A DNA stretch of 64,000 nt. Origin: the human T2T-CHM13v2.0 reference genome, Homo sapiens. Both the position numbers and the translations under genes were made by a program. Position 1 is the first letter of the stretch, and every line of letters begins with the position of its first letter. Below are positions 13,596-26,919 of the stretch, one piece after another. The stretch is taken from assembly GCF_009914755.1 (NCBI RefSeq), contig NC_060926.1; one strand, written 5' to 3'. The notes under the pieces are model-generated. The model had not been told where the DNA came from, made no database searches, and saw only the letters and a program-made list of their open reading frames with translations.

Positions 13596-15016
13596 TGAAT
13601 TAGGCAACAGTTAAATTAGTTTCTTTCATTAGTCTATGGTTTATTATTGAGAATCCAATTTAAAGTACTTTTAATAGGAACAACTTGTACTAAGAAGGAT
13701 TTGAGAAAACTTCAAGAAAGCTTTGGGCAAATATTTTTTATTTGATTGGGATTGAGTTGCCTCCTTAGTGTTTCAAGTTGATTGTGAATCCACATGCACA
13801 TTTCATCTTTGCTCTTTTCCTCTGGATGAAATCCTTTATTAATACAAGAGATCATTGACCTTAGAGCTTAAATTTTTTAAAATCATTTTTAAAATGTGAC
13901 TTTTGCTGACATTTAACAACAAACAGCAAAGCTGATTTTTTTCTATCCTCCTGTTGGGAACTTGGCAGAGTCATTTAATTTGTAGTGCTTTCAACCTACA
14001 GGAAAAAACAAGGTGATTGTACTTTGATTTCCCCATTTGATGATCCTGAATAAAATGCAAATATGTTATATATAGAATTTAACAGACAGCTCGTTATACT
14101 CAGACTTATACATATAGTTTTCATGCTACTGGACATCAAAGACACTATATTGTACTGTCTGTGTAAATCAACCGAAACACTCAGCAAGTAGCATCATTTT
14201 TTTAATGAAGATGTTCCTATGTATTCAACATATGCCAGTGCCAGTGACTATGTGGAAGCCACATTATTCCGCCTCTTATCTACAGCTCACTTGCATTCAC
14301 CCTTAATCATTTTGAGCACAACAAATCTGTAAAGCACTCAACATGATGCTGAGTGGGGAAAACTCTCACCTAAGTGGAGCACTTTATTTATGCCAAATAT
14401 GGCAGTGAGAAAAGTCAGAGAAATATTCCAAAGCCTGACATTAACTGTGCCAAAGTGTGCCATTGACAGTGAAGAGAAAAACAAGAGGTGTAAAGCAACT
14501 GATGCTCTATCCTTAAACCTTTACTCTTAACTACAGAAACAACTAAACCCAAAGTAATTCCCATCAGCTCATAGAAAGCAGCTGTGTATGTATATTAACA
14601 GGTATCAATTTATACATGTGGATGTTTGAGTTCTGGCATATACTTGGTTATGACCAATACCTCACAATTGAATTATCACTAAAACATTCCATTAAAGTTG
14701 TTAGATTTTGTGGTAGCACTATTATAATCCCATTATTTGTGCAGTGGTATAGTAGATACTGGAAATTAATACATTTAATTTATTAATAAATTTAAGGAAT
14801 GAAGAAATTGCAAGCTGATTACTCTTGTATTATCAAAAATATTATCTGCATATCAATTTTGTAAGATGGAATTTATTAACGTATTTATGCAGCATATGGC
14901 ATTAACCACTGCTTTTTTTTTACCCTCAAATCTGAGTTTAACTGGCACATTCAGTTTATTTTGAAATGGTTTGGGTAGATAGAAGATTTTAATTTAACCA
15001 GAAAATATATTTCTTT

Positions 15017-15390
<374 letters not shown>

Positions 15391-15509
15391 TAATTCTCTC
15401 ACTATTTGTTTATTTACTTATGTACTTGTTTTTGTGGAGGAGATCTATGAAAATTGCAGTAGAACGTGATTAAAAGCACATGTTTTGGAGTTAAACCACT
15501 GGAAGAATA

Positions 15510-16110
15510 GAGTGTTCATTAAAATGAGTAAACTGTCATAAACAGTAGATTTGGGAAGGATAAATCAGGAGTTTGTTTCTGGAAATGTTAACTTGATAAT
15601 GGAATGTTAGATTCGAGTGAGTTGTCTAGTGAACAATTGGGTAAATGAATAAAGTCTTTGGAAGAACCCCAAATTAGTGATACACATTAGAAATCGTATT
15701 GTATTTAAGATCTTGGGAGTAAGTGTAAAGCAAAAAGAGGAAGAAAAGAATAGAGGTCTGAGAAATGAGTTCATATAAAGGTGTCAAGATTCAGAAGAGA
15801 GGAAGAGAAACCAGCAAAAGACACTGAGAGCATATGAGGTTGGAGGAGAACCAAGAGCATATGAGAGCATATGAGGCTGGGGGAGAACCCAGAGAATGGT
15901 GAGCCAGAAGACAAGAGAAAAAATGGCTTCGGTGGAGGAAGTGATTCACCATGTCCAATGCTGATGGCTGCCTGAATAACATGGGGACTTGACTAATGGA
16001 TTTATGAGTAACGTTGACAAGAACAGTCTCAGTGCTGTGAAGCAAAAGCCCGAATGGAAGGGGCTAGAGATGGTGCAGTTTGAGTACATAGGAATGGCAA
16101 AATTGATTTT
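15510..16110 (-). mobile_element. L2 (L2a-like) fragment
   Basis: ggagtttgtttctggaaatgttaacttga, ccagcaaaagacactgaga, gacaagaacagtctcagtg are typical of antisense L2. Confidence 0.75.
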
Positions 16111-16227
16111 TGTGGTGATGGAATATTTATCTTTATTACAGTGATGACAACATAAAAAAAGTGTGTAATAAAAATGACATATATGCATTATATGCATGTA
16201 TATTTAAACATATAAATATATATTTTA

Positions 16228-16708
<481 letters not shown>

Positions 16709-16729
16709 CTATGATTTTTTAAAAAATGA

Positions 16730-16935
16730 TAAAGGACCCTTGGGGCAGAACACCTGGATTCAAGTCCATGCTCTGCTTTTTACTTACTATAGGACCTCAA
16801 TCAGTTTATTTAACCCCTTTGTGTTTATAACAAACCTACTCCATATGTTTGTTTTGAGAATTTGGATTAATCTCCATTAATTGCTGAGGACAATGCATGT
16901 TTCATAACAGGTACTATTTATATTTTGACTATTAT
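16730..16935 (+). mobile_element. MIR
   Basis: cctggattcaagtccatgctctgcttttacttactatagg...gactattattatt. Confidence 0.6.
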
Positions 16936-17110
16936 TATTTATCAGATAAGGAATTGACATTTCAATAGGTTAACCTGTTAAAATCATATAGCTCTGGAAT
17001 AACTAAGTATAACTCAAATCCTAGTATGTCCAGTCTCTTTATTAAATGCTATTCCTTGTTAAAACAAAATAAAAGCCTTACTGGATGAGTGAGATCAAGA
17101 GAGAATGAGA

Positions 17111-17388
17111 GGCCAGGCATGGTGGCTCACACCTGTAATCCCAGCACTTCGGGAGGCTGAGGCAGGAGGCTCATTTGAGGCTAGGAATTTGAGAACAGCC
17201 TGGGCAGCATGATGAAACCCCATCTCTGCTAAAAATACGAAAATTACCGTGTGGGTGGTGCATGCCTGTTAATCCCAGCTACTCAGGAGGCTAAGGCATG
17301 AGAATCTATCACTTGAACTGAGGAGACTGAGGTTACAGTGAGCCAAGATCCTGCCACTACATTCCAGCCTGGGTGACTGTCTCTCAAA
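17111..17388 (+). mobile_element. AluJ lacking an A-tail, followed by a G/A-rich tract
   Basis: J-type features (gaggctcatttgaggctaggaatttgagaacagcctgggcagcatg); ends ctctcaaa then purine repeats. Confidence 0.88.
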
Positions 17389-17430
17389 GGAGGGTGGTGA
17401 GGGGAGAGAGTCTCAAAGGAGGGTGGTGAG

Positions 17431-17471
<41 letters not shown>

Positions 17472-17497
17472 AGGGAGGGAGAGAGAGAGAGAGAGAG
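17382..17497 (+). repeat. 29-bp tandem duplication plus (GA)n/(GGGA)n
   Basis: tctcaaaggagggtggtgaggggagagag at 17382-17410 and 17411-17439, then (GA)n. Confidence 0.9.
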
Positions 17498-17499
17498 AA

Positions 17500-17772
17500 T
17501 GAAACAGAGAATATATAGACAACGCTTTTGAGTTCCATGTGTTCTTTCATTAAAACTGCAATGAGAGAGAGAAAGAGAGAGAGGATGAAAGGCAAGGAAT
17601 TGAAACAGAGAATACAGACAATGCTTTCGAGTTCCATGTGTTCTTTCATTAAAATGTCAATGAGAGAGAGGAAGAGAGAGAGAAGGAAAGAGAATGAAAG
17701 GCAAGGAATTGAAACAGAGAATATAGACAACGCTTTTGAGTTGCATGTGTTATTTCATTAAAACTTCAATGA
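17500..17772 (+). repeat. ~101-109-bp minisatellite, ~2.6 copies
   Basis: Unit tgaaacagagaata..agacaacgcttttgagttccatgtgttctttcattaaaa..caatga starts at 17500, 17601 and 17710. Confidence 0.9.
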
Positions 17773-18084
17773 CTAAAGTGCGAATGATTTTAGTGGGCTT
17801 ATGCTAATGTGCAACAAAAGCACATACATTTTAGAAATGGTAACAGACCAGATGGATACTGTCTACTCATTTGGAGACCCATTTTAGTTCCATTGAGCTC
17901 CATTATGACTCCCTAGTAATGTGTCTCAAAATATGCATTTCATGAACATTTTCTCAAAGTGAAAAATATGTTTTATATATATTTTATATGATGGAAAAAT
18001 CATGCAACATTTCTTCACTGTCTAGTTACAGCATTTTAATATTTATTTCATTACTCTTTATAATACAATCATAACTTACAGATT

Positions 18085-18240
18085 AGTTTCATAGTGGTTA
18101 AGAGCGCAGAGCAATTTCTGTGAGCTCTGGGACTTTGAATAGGTTTGTTCAAAGTTATCTCATTGAATAAATGAAGATAATTAAAGTGCCTACCTGATAG
18201 TGTGGTTTCCCAATAGTATCATAAATTTATAGGTTAATAC
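18085..18240 (+). mobile_element. MIR, left part (split by L1PB)
   Basis: catagtggttaagagcgcag...aaatgaagataattaaagtgcctacctgatagtgtgg...ttaatac; resumes at ~22961. Confidence 0.65.
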
Positions 18241-18245
18241 TTTTT

Positions 18246-21200
18246 AAAAAAGATTTTTCCATAGGTTATTGGGGTAAACGTGATATTCAGTTACATGAGT
18301 AAGTTCTTCAGTGGCGATTTCTGAGATTTTGGTGCACCCATCACCCAAGCAGTATACACGGCACCCTATTTGTAGTCTTTTATTCTCTGCCCCACTCCCA
18401 CCCTTCCAGTCAAGTCTCCAAAGACCATTGTATCATTCTTATGCCTTCGCATCCTCATAGCTTAGCTTCCACATATCAGTGAGAACATACAATGTTTGGT
18501 TTTTCATTCCTGAGTTACTTTACTTGGAATAATAGCCTCCGATCTAATCTCATCCAGGTCACTGCAACTGCCGTTCATTCATTCTTTTCTATGGCTGAGT
18601 AGTATTTCATCGTATATGTACACCACGGTTTCTTTATCCACTCATTGATTGATGGGCATTTGGGTTGGTTCCACAATTTGCAATTGTCTCTATTGAGATG
18701 ATCATGTGATTTTTGTTTTTAATTCTGTTTATGTGGTGTATCACATTTATTGACTTGCGTATGTTAAACCATCCCTGCATCCCTGATATGAAACCCACTT
18801 GATCATGGTGGATTATCTTTTTGACATGTTGTTGGACTTGGTTAGCTAGTATTTTGTTAAGGACTTTTGCATCTATGGTCTTCAGGGATATTGATCTGTA
18901 GTTTTCTTTTTTGGTTATGTCCTTTCCTGGTTTTGGTATTAGAGTAATGCTGGCTTCATAGAATGAATTAGGGAGGGTTCTATCTTTCTCCATGTTGTGG
19001 AATAGTGTCAATAGTATTGGTACCAATTCTTTAAAGGTCTGATAGAATTCTGTCGTGAATCTGTCTGGTCCTGGACTTTTTCTGTTGGTAATTTTTTAAC
19101 TACCATTTTAATCTCGCTGCTTGTTATCTGTCTGTTCAGGGTATCTAATTCTTCATGATTTAAACTAGGAGGGTTGTATCTTTCCAGGAATTTATCTATC
19201 TCTTCTAGGTTTTCTAGTTTATGTGAGTAAAGATGTTCATAGTAGCCATGAATGATCATTTGTATTTCAGTGGTGTCAGTTGTAATATCTCCCATTTCAT
19301 TTTTTATTGAGGTTATTTGGATTTTCTCTCGTCTTTTCTTGGTTAATCTTGCTAATGGTCTATCAATTTCATTTATCTTTTCAAAGAACCAGCTTTTTGT
19401 TTCATTTATCTTTCATTTTTTTTTTGTTTTAATTTCATTTAGTTCCACTCTGATCTTGGTTATTTCCTTTCCTCTGCTGGGTTTGGGTTTGGTTTGTTCT
19501 TGTTTCTCTAGTTCCTTGAGATGTGACCTTAGATTGTCAGTTTGTGCTCTTTCAGTCTTTTTGATGTAGGCATTTAGGGCTATGAACTTTCCTCTTGGCA
19601 CCACCTTTGCTGTATCCCAGAGGTTTTGAAAGGTTGTGTCACTCTTGTCATTCAGTTAGAAGAATTTTTTAATTCCCATCTTGATTTCGTTTTTGACCCA
19701 ATGGTCATTCAGAAGCAGGTTATTTAATTTCCATGTATTTGCATGGTGTTGAAGGTTCCTTTTGGAGTTGATTTCCAGTTTTATTCCACTGTGGTCTGAG
19801 AGTTAATATAATTTCAATTTTCTTAAATTTATTGAGGTTTGTTTTATGGCCTGTCATATGGTCTATTCTGGAGAAAGTTCCATGCACTGTTAAAGAGAAT
19901 GTGTAGTCTGTGGTTGTTGAATGGAATGTTCTGTATCTATCTGTTAAGTCCATTTGTTCCAAGGTATAGTTTAAATCCATTGTTTCTTTGTCGACTTTTT
20001 GTTTTGATGACCTGTCTGTGCTGTCAGTGGAGTGTTGAAGTCCCCTACTATGATTGTGTTGATGTCTATCTCATTTCTTAGGTCTACTAGGAAACGTTCT
20101 ATTAGTTTGACAGCTCCAGTGTTAGGTGCATATATGTTTAGGATTGTGGTATTTTTCTGTTGAACAAGGCCTTTTACCATTATATAATGTCCCTCTTTAT
20201 CCTTTTTAACTGTTGTTGCTTTAAAGTTTGTTTTGTCTGATATAAGACTAGCTAGTCCTGCTGGGTTTTGGTGTCCATTTGCATGAAATGCCTTTTTCCA
20301 CCCTTCACTTTAAGTTTATGTGAGTCCTTATGTATTAGGCGAGTCTCTCAAAGGCAGTAGATAGTTGGTTGGTGAATTCTCATCCATTCTAAGGTTCTGT
20401 ATCTTTTAAGTGGAGCATTTAGGCCATTTGCATTCAACGTTATTATTGAGATGTGACATACCATTCCATTCATCATGCTATTTGTTGTCTGTGTACCTTG
20501 GTTTTTTGTTTTTTAAATTGTATTTTTAAGTCCTGTGAGATTTATGCTTTAAAGAGATTCTGTTTTCATCTATTTCCAGGATTTGTTTCAAGACTTAGAG
20601 CTCCTTTTAACAGTTCTTTTAGTGGTGGCCCGGTAGTGGTGAATTCTCTCAGCATTTGTTTGTCTGAAAAAGACTATATCTTTCCTTCATATTGATGCTT
20701 AATGTCGCTAGATACAAAATTCTTGGCTGGTAATTGGTTTGTTTGAGGAGGCTGAAAATAGGACCCCAAACCCTTCTAGCTTGCAGGTTTTCTGCTGAGA
20801 AATCTGCTGTTAATCTGATAGGTTTTCTTTATGGGTTATCTGGTGCTTTTGACTCACAGCTCTTAAGATTCGTTCCTACATCTTAACTTTAGATTACCTG
20901 ATGACAATGTGCCTAGGCAATAATCTTTTTGTGGTGAATCTCCCAGGTGTTCTTTGTGCTTCTTGTATTTGGATGTCTAGGTCTCTAGCAAGGCTGGGGA
21001 AGTTTTTCTCAGTTATTCCCCCAAATATGTTTTCCAAACTTTTAGATTTCTCTTCTTCCCCAGGAATGCTGATTATTCTTAGGTTTGATCATTAACATAA
21101 TCCCAGACTTCTTAGAGGCTTCGTTCATATTTTCTTTTTCTTTTTCTTTGTCTTTGTTGGATTGAATTAATTCAAAGAACTTGTCTTCAAGCTCTGAATT

Positions 21201-22960
21201 TCTTTCTTTTACTTGTTCAATTCTATTGCTGCAGCTTTCCAGAGAATTTTGTGTCTGTAAGTGTGTCCAGTGTTTCCTAAAGTTGTGATTGTTTTTTATT
21301 TATGCTATCTATTTAATTGAATATTTCTCCCTTCACTTCTTGTATCATTTTTTGGTTTTCTTTGCATTGGGCTTCACCTTTCTCTGGTGCCTCCCTGGTT
21401 AGCTTAATAACTAACTTCCCAAATTCTTTTTCAGGTAAATTGGAGATTTCTTCTTGGCTTGGATCTATTGCTGATGAGCTACTATGGTTTTGGGGGAGTG
21501 TTAAAGAGCTTTGTTTTGTCATATTACCAGAGCTGGTTTACTCGTTCCTTCTCATTCGGGTAGGCTCTGTCAGAGGGAAGGTCTAGGGCTGAAGGCTGTG
21601 GTTCAGAATTTTTTTTCCCAGGGGGTGTTCCCTTTTCCTATGGATGCGGCTTCCTGAGAGTTGAACTGTAATGATTGTTCTCTCTCTCCTGGGTCTAGAG
21701 ACCTAGCAAGTCTACCAGGCTCTGGGTTGCTACTGGTGGTTGTCTGCACAGAGTCCTGTGATGTGAACCATCTGTGGATCTCTCAGCCGTGGGTACCCAC
21801 ACCAGTTCTGGTAGAGATGGCAGGGGGACTGAAATGGACTCTGTGAGGATTCTTAGCTTTGATGGTTTACTGCACTATTTTTGTGCTGGTTGGCCTCCTG
21901 ACAAGAGATGGCACTTTCTGTAGAGCATCAGCTGTGGTAGTCTGGAAAGGAACCGGCAGTGGGCAGGCCTCTAGAACTCCCAAGAGTATATGCCCTTTGT
22001 GTTCAGCTACCAGGGTGGGTAGGGAAGGACATCAGGTGGGGGCAGGGCTAGGCTTGTCTGAGCTCAGACTCTCCTTGGGTGGGTCTTGCTGTGGCTGCCA
22101 TGGGGGATGGTGGTGAGGTTCCCAGGTCAGTGGAGTTATGTACCTAGCAGGATTATGGCTGCCTCTCCTGAGTCATGCAGGTTGTCAGGGAAGTGGGGGA
22201 AAGCTGGCAGTCATAGGCCTCACACCTAGCTCCCAGGCAATCTGAAGAGCAGGTCTCACTCCTACCATGTCCCTCCCCACTAACACACCAAGTCTGTTTC
22301 CAGGAGTGGGCAAGCAGAGCTGAGAACTTGCCCCAGGTTACCCGCCTCCCAGCAGCATAAGAAAGTAGGGCTTTAGTTCTTCCCTCACCTGTGGAGCCTG
22401 GACATAGGATTCACACCCTCCCCGAGTTCTGGCCAGGAGGCTTCTCGACCTGTTGGAATTGTGACAGAGTTCAGCTGGAGACTTCCTACTCCCTGTGGCA
22501 TTTCCCCCACGCTGTTGGCCACCCTCCCAAACGATCCCTGTGATGCCAGGCAGGAATGGACTGCTTGGGGACCCGGCAAGCTCTCAGGGCCTTTCCCGCT
22601 GCTTCCTCTACCCCTGTATTTCGTTTGGCTCTCTAAATTGACTCAGCTCCGGGTAAGGTCGGAATCATCTCCCGTAAACTAGACCTTCAGTTTCCCCAGT
22701 GGGGGTGTGTGTTCAGGGGCAGATGATCTCCCTTTCCCACTTCTGCAATTTGGGCACTCAGAGTATTTGAGGTGTCTCCTGGGTCCTGCAGGAACAATCC
22801 ACTTTCTTCAGAGAGTCTGTGGTTCATCTTGGCTTTCCTGGATTTATTACTGCAGTTGTTCTGGAGCTAAAATTCATGATGTGGGCTTCCACATGCTGCT
22901 CTGTCTGTCTGACTCAGAGCTGCAGTCTAGTCCAGCCTTCTGTCTGCCATGATGGATGTG
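18246..22960 (-). mobile_element. L1PB (L1PB1-like) with both ends but a ~1.8-kb internal ORF2 deletion
   Basis: L1PB-type 3' UTR (catgagtaagttcttcagtggcgatttctgagattttggtgcaccc), fragmented ORF2 (ORFs 18634-20180), ORF1 N-terminus (21313-21522), long 5' UTR ending tctgccatgat, and TSD-like aatac(t/a)tttt at 18236 and 22961. Confidence 0.9.
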
Positions 22961-23035
22961 AATACATTTTAAAAAAAATAGAAAAGATTCTGGCATGTAA
23001 TAAATAGTCAATATTTTTTAGCTATTATTAATATT
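22961..23035 (+). mobile_element. MIR, right part (3' end)
   Basis: tagaaaagattctggcatgtaataaatagtcaatattttttagctattatt matches the MIR terminus. Confidence 0.6.
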
Positions 23036-23141
23036 AATCATAAGTTTTTTAAGTGATTATATCTATACATAATAAATTAGCAAAGGAATAACAGATAAAC
23101 TAGACTGCAAAAGATTTAAAGTAGAACTGAAATAATTTTAA

Positions 23142-23510
<369 letters not shown>

Positions 23511-23599
23511 AATATTGTGCTTAAGAAGTTGAGTAATTTTTATGTACATTTTGGGATTGTTAGGCAAATCTAAAAATCAAATAACTAATAAAGTTACAG

Positions 23600-23770
23600 T
23601 AATAAATTAATGTTTCCTCTTGAAAATTGGAGAGATGGAGGACATTGTATGATGTCCTCATAGAATACTCATGAAAAATAAGGAATATATCATATGTACA
23701 GTGTTTGGCACAGAGCTTGAATAAAATAAGCACTGAAATCTTGGCTATTATTATTACTGCTATTGTTATT
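23600..23770 (+). mobile_element. MIR 3' half
   Basis: gtttcctcttgaaaattggaga...tttggcacagagc...ggctattattattac. Confidence 0.55.
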
Positions 23771-23859
23771 CTCATGTCGTTCTATAGATACTTTTCTTTT
23801 TGGTCTTAGCAATTCTATACTGTGCTTATCTATGGCATTATAGCAAATCCTGCCAAAGT

Positions 23860-24590
23860 ACTCCTAGTATTGATATTTTCTTTTTTTTTTTTTTCCTATT
23901 TTGGTAATAGAACCCTTTGAGTTTTATTTGGACATATATTTGCCCAGCTAGAGACAACATTTACCATTTTCTTAGCAATTAAGTTCAATCGCCATTTTTT
24001 TCCTGCCTTGTGACTAAGTTCTCAAATAAGAAATATGAGAAAAAAACATATATTTTTTTCTAAGCCATTCCACTAAAATAACTGGGCAGATTTCTCTTTC
24101 TTTTTACCCCTTTTCATAAACTGAATCTGAAGGATCATGCTGGTAATTAGCTTGGACCAGGAAGAGCAAGCTAACATTTTAGGACAGTGGTTTATAAAAT
24201 GTAGTCCCGAGTAGCATCAGCCGATTCCCACTGACACATGGAAGTTTGTTAAGAATGCAAGTTTTCAGGCCCCATTCCAGACCAACTGAGTCAGAAACGC
24301 CAGGGGTAGATTCAGCAATCTGTTTTGACATGATCTTCAGAAGATTCTGATGCATGTAAAGTTTGAGAATTACTTCTTTAGGGATTAATAGAGCAGCAAG
24401 GTAGAAGGCCCCTGAGTCTCTAGACAACTTTATGAAGCAGAGATAACACATATTTTGTATATTATACAGCAGAGCCACCTCTCCTCCATAGACTGCCCAC
24501 TCTTACATGAGAGACAAATTCTATTTTGCTTGAGCCGCCAGATTTTTGTGTTCCTTTGTTGTAGCAACTTAGCAGGCACTCTAATTAAAG
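23860..24590 (+). mobile_element. MLT1J-like MaLR LTR interrupted by MER5A
   Basis: ttggtaatagaaccc...tgtgactaagttct...gagcagcaaggtagaaggcccctgagtc...ttacatgagagacaaattctattttgcttgagcc. Confidence 0.65.
24185..24375. mobile_element. MER5A (hAT-Charlie MITE)
   Basis: cagtggttt...aatgcaagttttcaggccccattccagaccaactgagtcagaaac...gattctgatgcatgtaaagtttgagaattact; degenerate 8-bp TSD ttttagga/ctttaggg. Confidence 0.85.
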
Positions 24591-25652
24591 CTGTAGAGGA
24601 CCTTTTGACTTCTGGTTTATAACCAGCCCACTTTAATGGGGAAATAACAAGCAAAATTTTCCTTGAAGAGCTATGAATAATCAAACAGTATTTACAGAGG
24701 AGTACGAAAAATTGACTGGCTTTCAATTAACTGGATCTATTCATCAAAAACACATATAATACACACTCATAAACTCGCAGACACACATTACACATAAATT
24801 TTTCATTCACAGAAATATGCTTCTCGGAAGTGAAGTAATTCAGAAGTAAATCACATACAATCAGAATGATACACAAGGTATACTTAAATAACTTTACAAT
24901 TATTCGTATCTTAGAACTAGAATTCACATTCTTATTTATTTGATTCAGAGCAACTCAATAAAATACAATAAATATTTCATAAGGGAATATTGTTTCAGAA
25001 ATTGTAGAAGGAAGCAGAAAAACAAAGATGATTAAGACATGAAAACTGCCCTAAAGGAGCTTACAGTCTCATGAGAGAATGTCAATTGCTTTCCCAGAAG
25101 CACGTTAGAAATTACATGCTTCACAACTCCTTTCTAACCCATTCATTTTTTAAAAAATTTATTGTGCATATTTAAGGTATACAACATGATGTTATGGGAT
25201 ATATAGAGACAGTGAAATGGTTGCTATAGTGAAGCATATTAGCATATCCATCATCTCACATAGTTATTCATTTTTGTTTTTGTGGCAAGAGCAGCTAAAA
25301 TCTACTCATTTAACAGGAATCCCAAATATAGTACAATTTTATGACCTGTAGTCTTTATGTTGTACATTAGATCTCTAGACTTGTTCATCTTAGGTACCTG
25401 CTACTTTGTATACTCTGATCTACAGCTCCTCATTTTCTCCCCTCCCCCACAACCCCTGATGACTACTGATTTATTCTCTACATCTGTATATTTCACTTTT
25501 TGATTTTTCTTCTAATATTTCACATGTAAGTGAGATTATGCAGTATTCCTCCTTATCTGTCCAGCTTATTTAACTGAATATAATATCCTCCAGGTTCATT
25601 CATGTTGTGGCAGGATCTCCTTCTTTGTCAAGGCTGAATGATATTCCTATAA

Positions 25653-25777
25653 GTATGTGTGTGTGAGTGTGTGTGTATGTGTGTGTGTGTATATATGTAT
25701 ATATACATATATACATACATTTGTGTATATATATTTATATATACATATATACATATAGATATATACGTATATACATA
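25653..25777. repeat. (TG)n/(TA)n compound microsatellite
   Basis: tatgtgtgtgtgagtgtgtgtgtatgt...tatatatacatatat. Confidence 0.9.
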
Positions 25778-26235
25778 CTGTTGACCCTTGAGCAAAGGGG
25801 GGATTAGGGGCACTGATTCCTCTTGCAGTCAAAAATCCACTTCTAGCTTTTGACTCCCTAAAAACTGAACTAATAATACAGTACTGCTGACTGCCTTACC
25901 AGTAAAATAAATAGTTGATAACATGTATTTTGTATATCTATTATATACTGTATTCTCACAATAAACTAGAGAAAAGGAAATGTTATTAGAAGATCATAAG
26001 CAGGAGAAAACATATTTACCCTTCATTAAAAGGAAGTGGATCATCATCAAGGTTTTCATTATAATCATTTTCACATTGAGGACCTGAGAAGGAGGGATGG
26101 CAGAGTCAAAAAGGTGGAGGAGGTGGAAGGGGAGGCAGGAGAGGAAGGCACACTCAATGTATCTTTTATTGAAACAAAAGTCTGTGTATAAGCGGACCCT
26201 CACAGTTCAAACCCATGTTGTTCAAGGGTCAACTA
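25778..26235 (-). mobile_element. Tigger2a (MER28)-like Tc1/mariner non-autonomous element
   Basis: TIRs ctgttgacccttgagcaa and ttgttcaagggtcaacta; preceded by TA; internal gcagtcaaaaatccac and cagttcaaacccatgttgttc. Confidence 0.85.
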
Positions 26236-26724
26236 CATATATATGCACACACATACACATATATGTATGTATGTATATCCACTAATATCTATCTCACAGT
26301 TTCTTTATTCGTTATTCCATCAACAGACATTTTGGTTATTTCTACATCAGAACACGAGAAGGCAGATATTTTTCTAAAATGGTAATTTCATTTCCTTTGG
26401 GATTGACCAGAAGAGGAATTGCTGAGTCATAAGGTAGTACTATTTTTAATTTCTTTGGAAACCTCCATACTGTTCTTCATAATGTCTAAACCAATTTACA
26501 TCTTTTTACATCTATGTCAAAGTAATATGTAAAAAAAAATACATTCTTCTTAATGTTTTTGGTTAGCTTTTCTTTGATACTAGTGAGGCTAATTTTTTTG
26601 CATGTTTATTTCTATATATTATTAATGTTTAATTTTCATTGAGAGATCATTTACATATGATAAAATGGCTTCATCTTCAGTATATGTTTTTTTCAATATA
26701 CATTTTTAATCTGATGTGATATGT

Positions 26725-26915
26725 GATGATGTGGTATAATTGAATTTAAGTAAATCTAGCGTAGATTTTGGATCTTTGAAGGCAGCAGATCTTTGAATTC
26801 TTGCTCTGGTATTTACTATGTGGCTTTTGACAATAAAACCTCTATAAAACTCAGTTTGCCCAACCCTAAGATGGTAGGAATAATACCTACTTCCTTTGAT
26901 TTTTGTGCAAACTAA
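26725..26915 (+). mobile_element. MIR
   Basis: tttgaattcttgctctggtatttactatgtggc...ctcagtttgccc...taagatggtaggaataatacctac. Confidence 0.65.
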
Positions 26916-26919
26916 AGCC

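Larger units (their letters stand above)
25145..26620 (-). mobile_element. L1MA-type 3' end interrupted by microsatellite and Tigger2a
   Basis: atatttaaggtatacaacatgatgtt...tgtacattagatctctagacttgttcatc; continues after 26290 (ggaattgctgagtcataaggtag, acctccatactgtt). Confidence 0.85.

Noticed and set aside
13996-14070. SGSSNGEIKV resembling a WD40 motif, with a nearby minus-strand acceptor
   Set aside because: Too short, no convincing donor and no other WD40 exons seen; probably chance.
17500-17772. Repeat-spacer-repeat pattern as a CRISPR-like array
   Set aside because: Eukaryotic context with no cas genes; the spacers are related GA-rich sequences, not unique, so it is a minisatellite.
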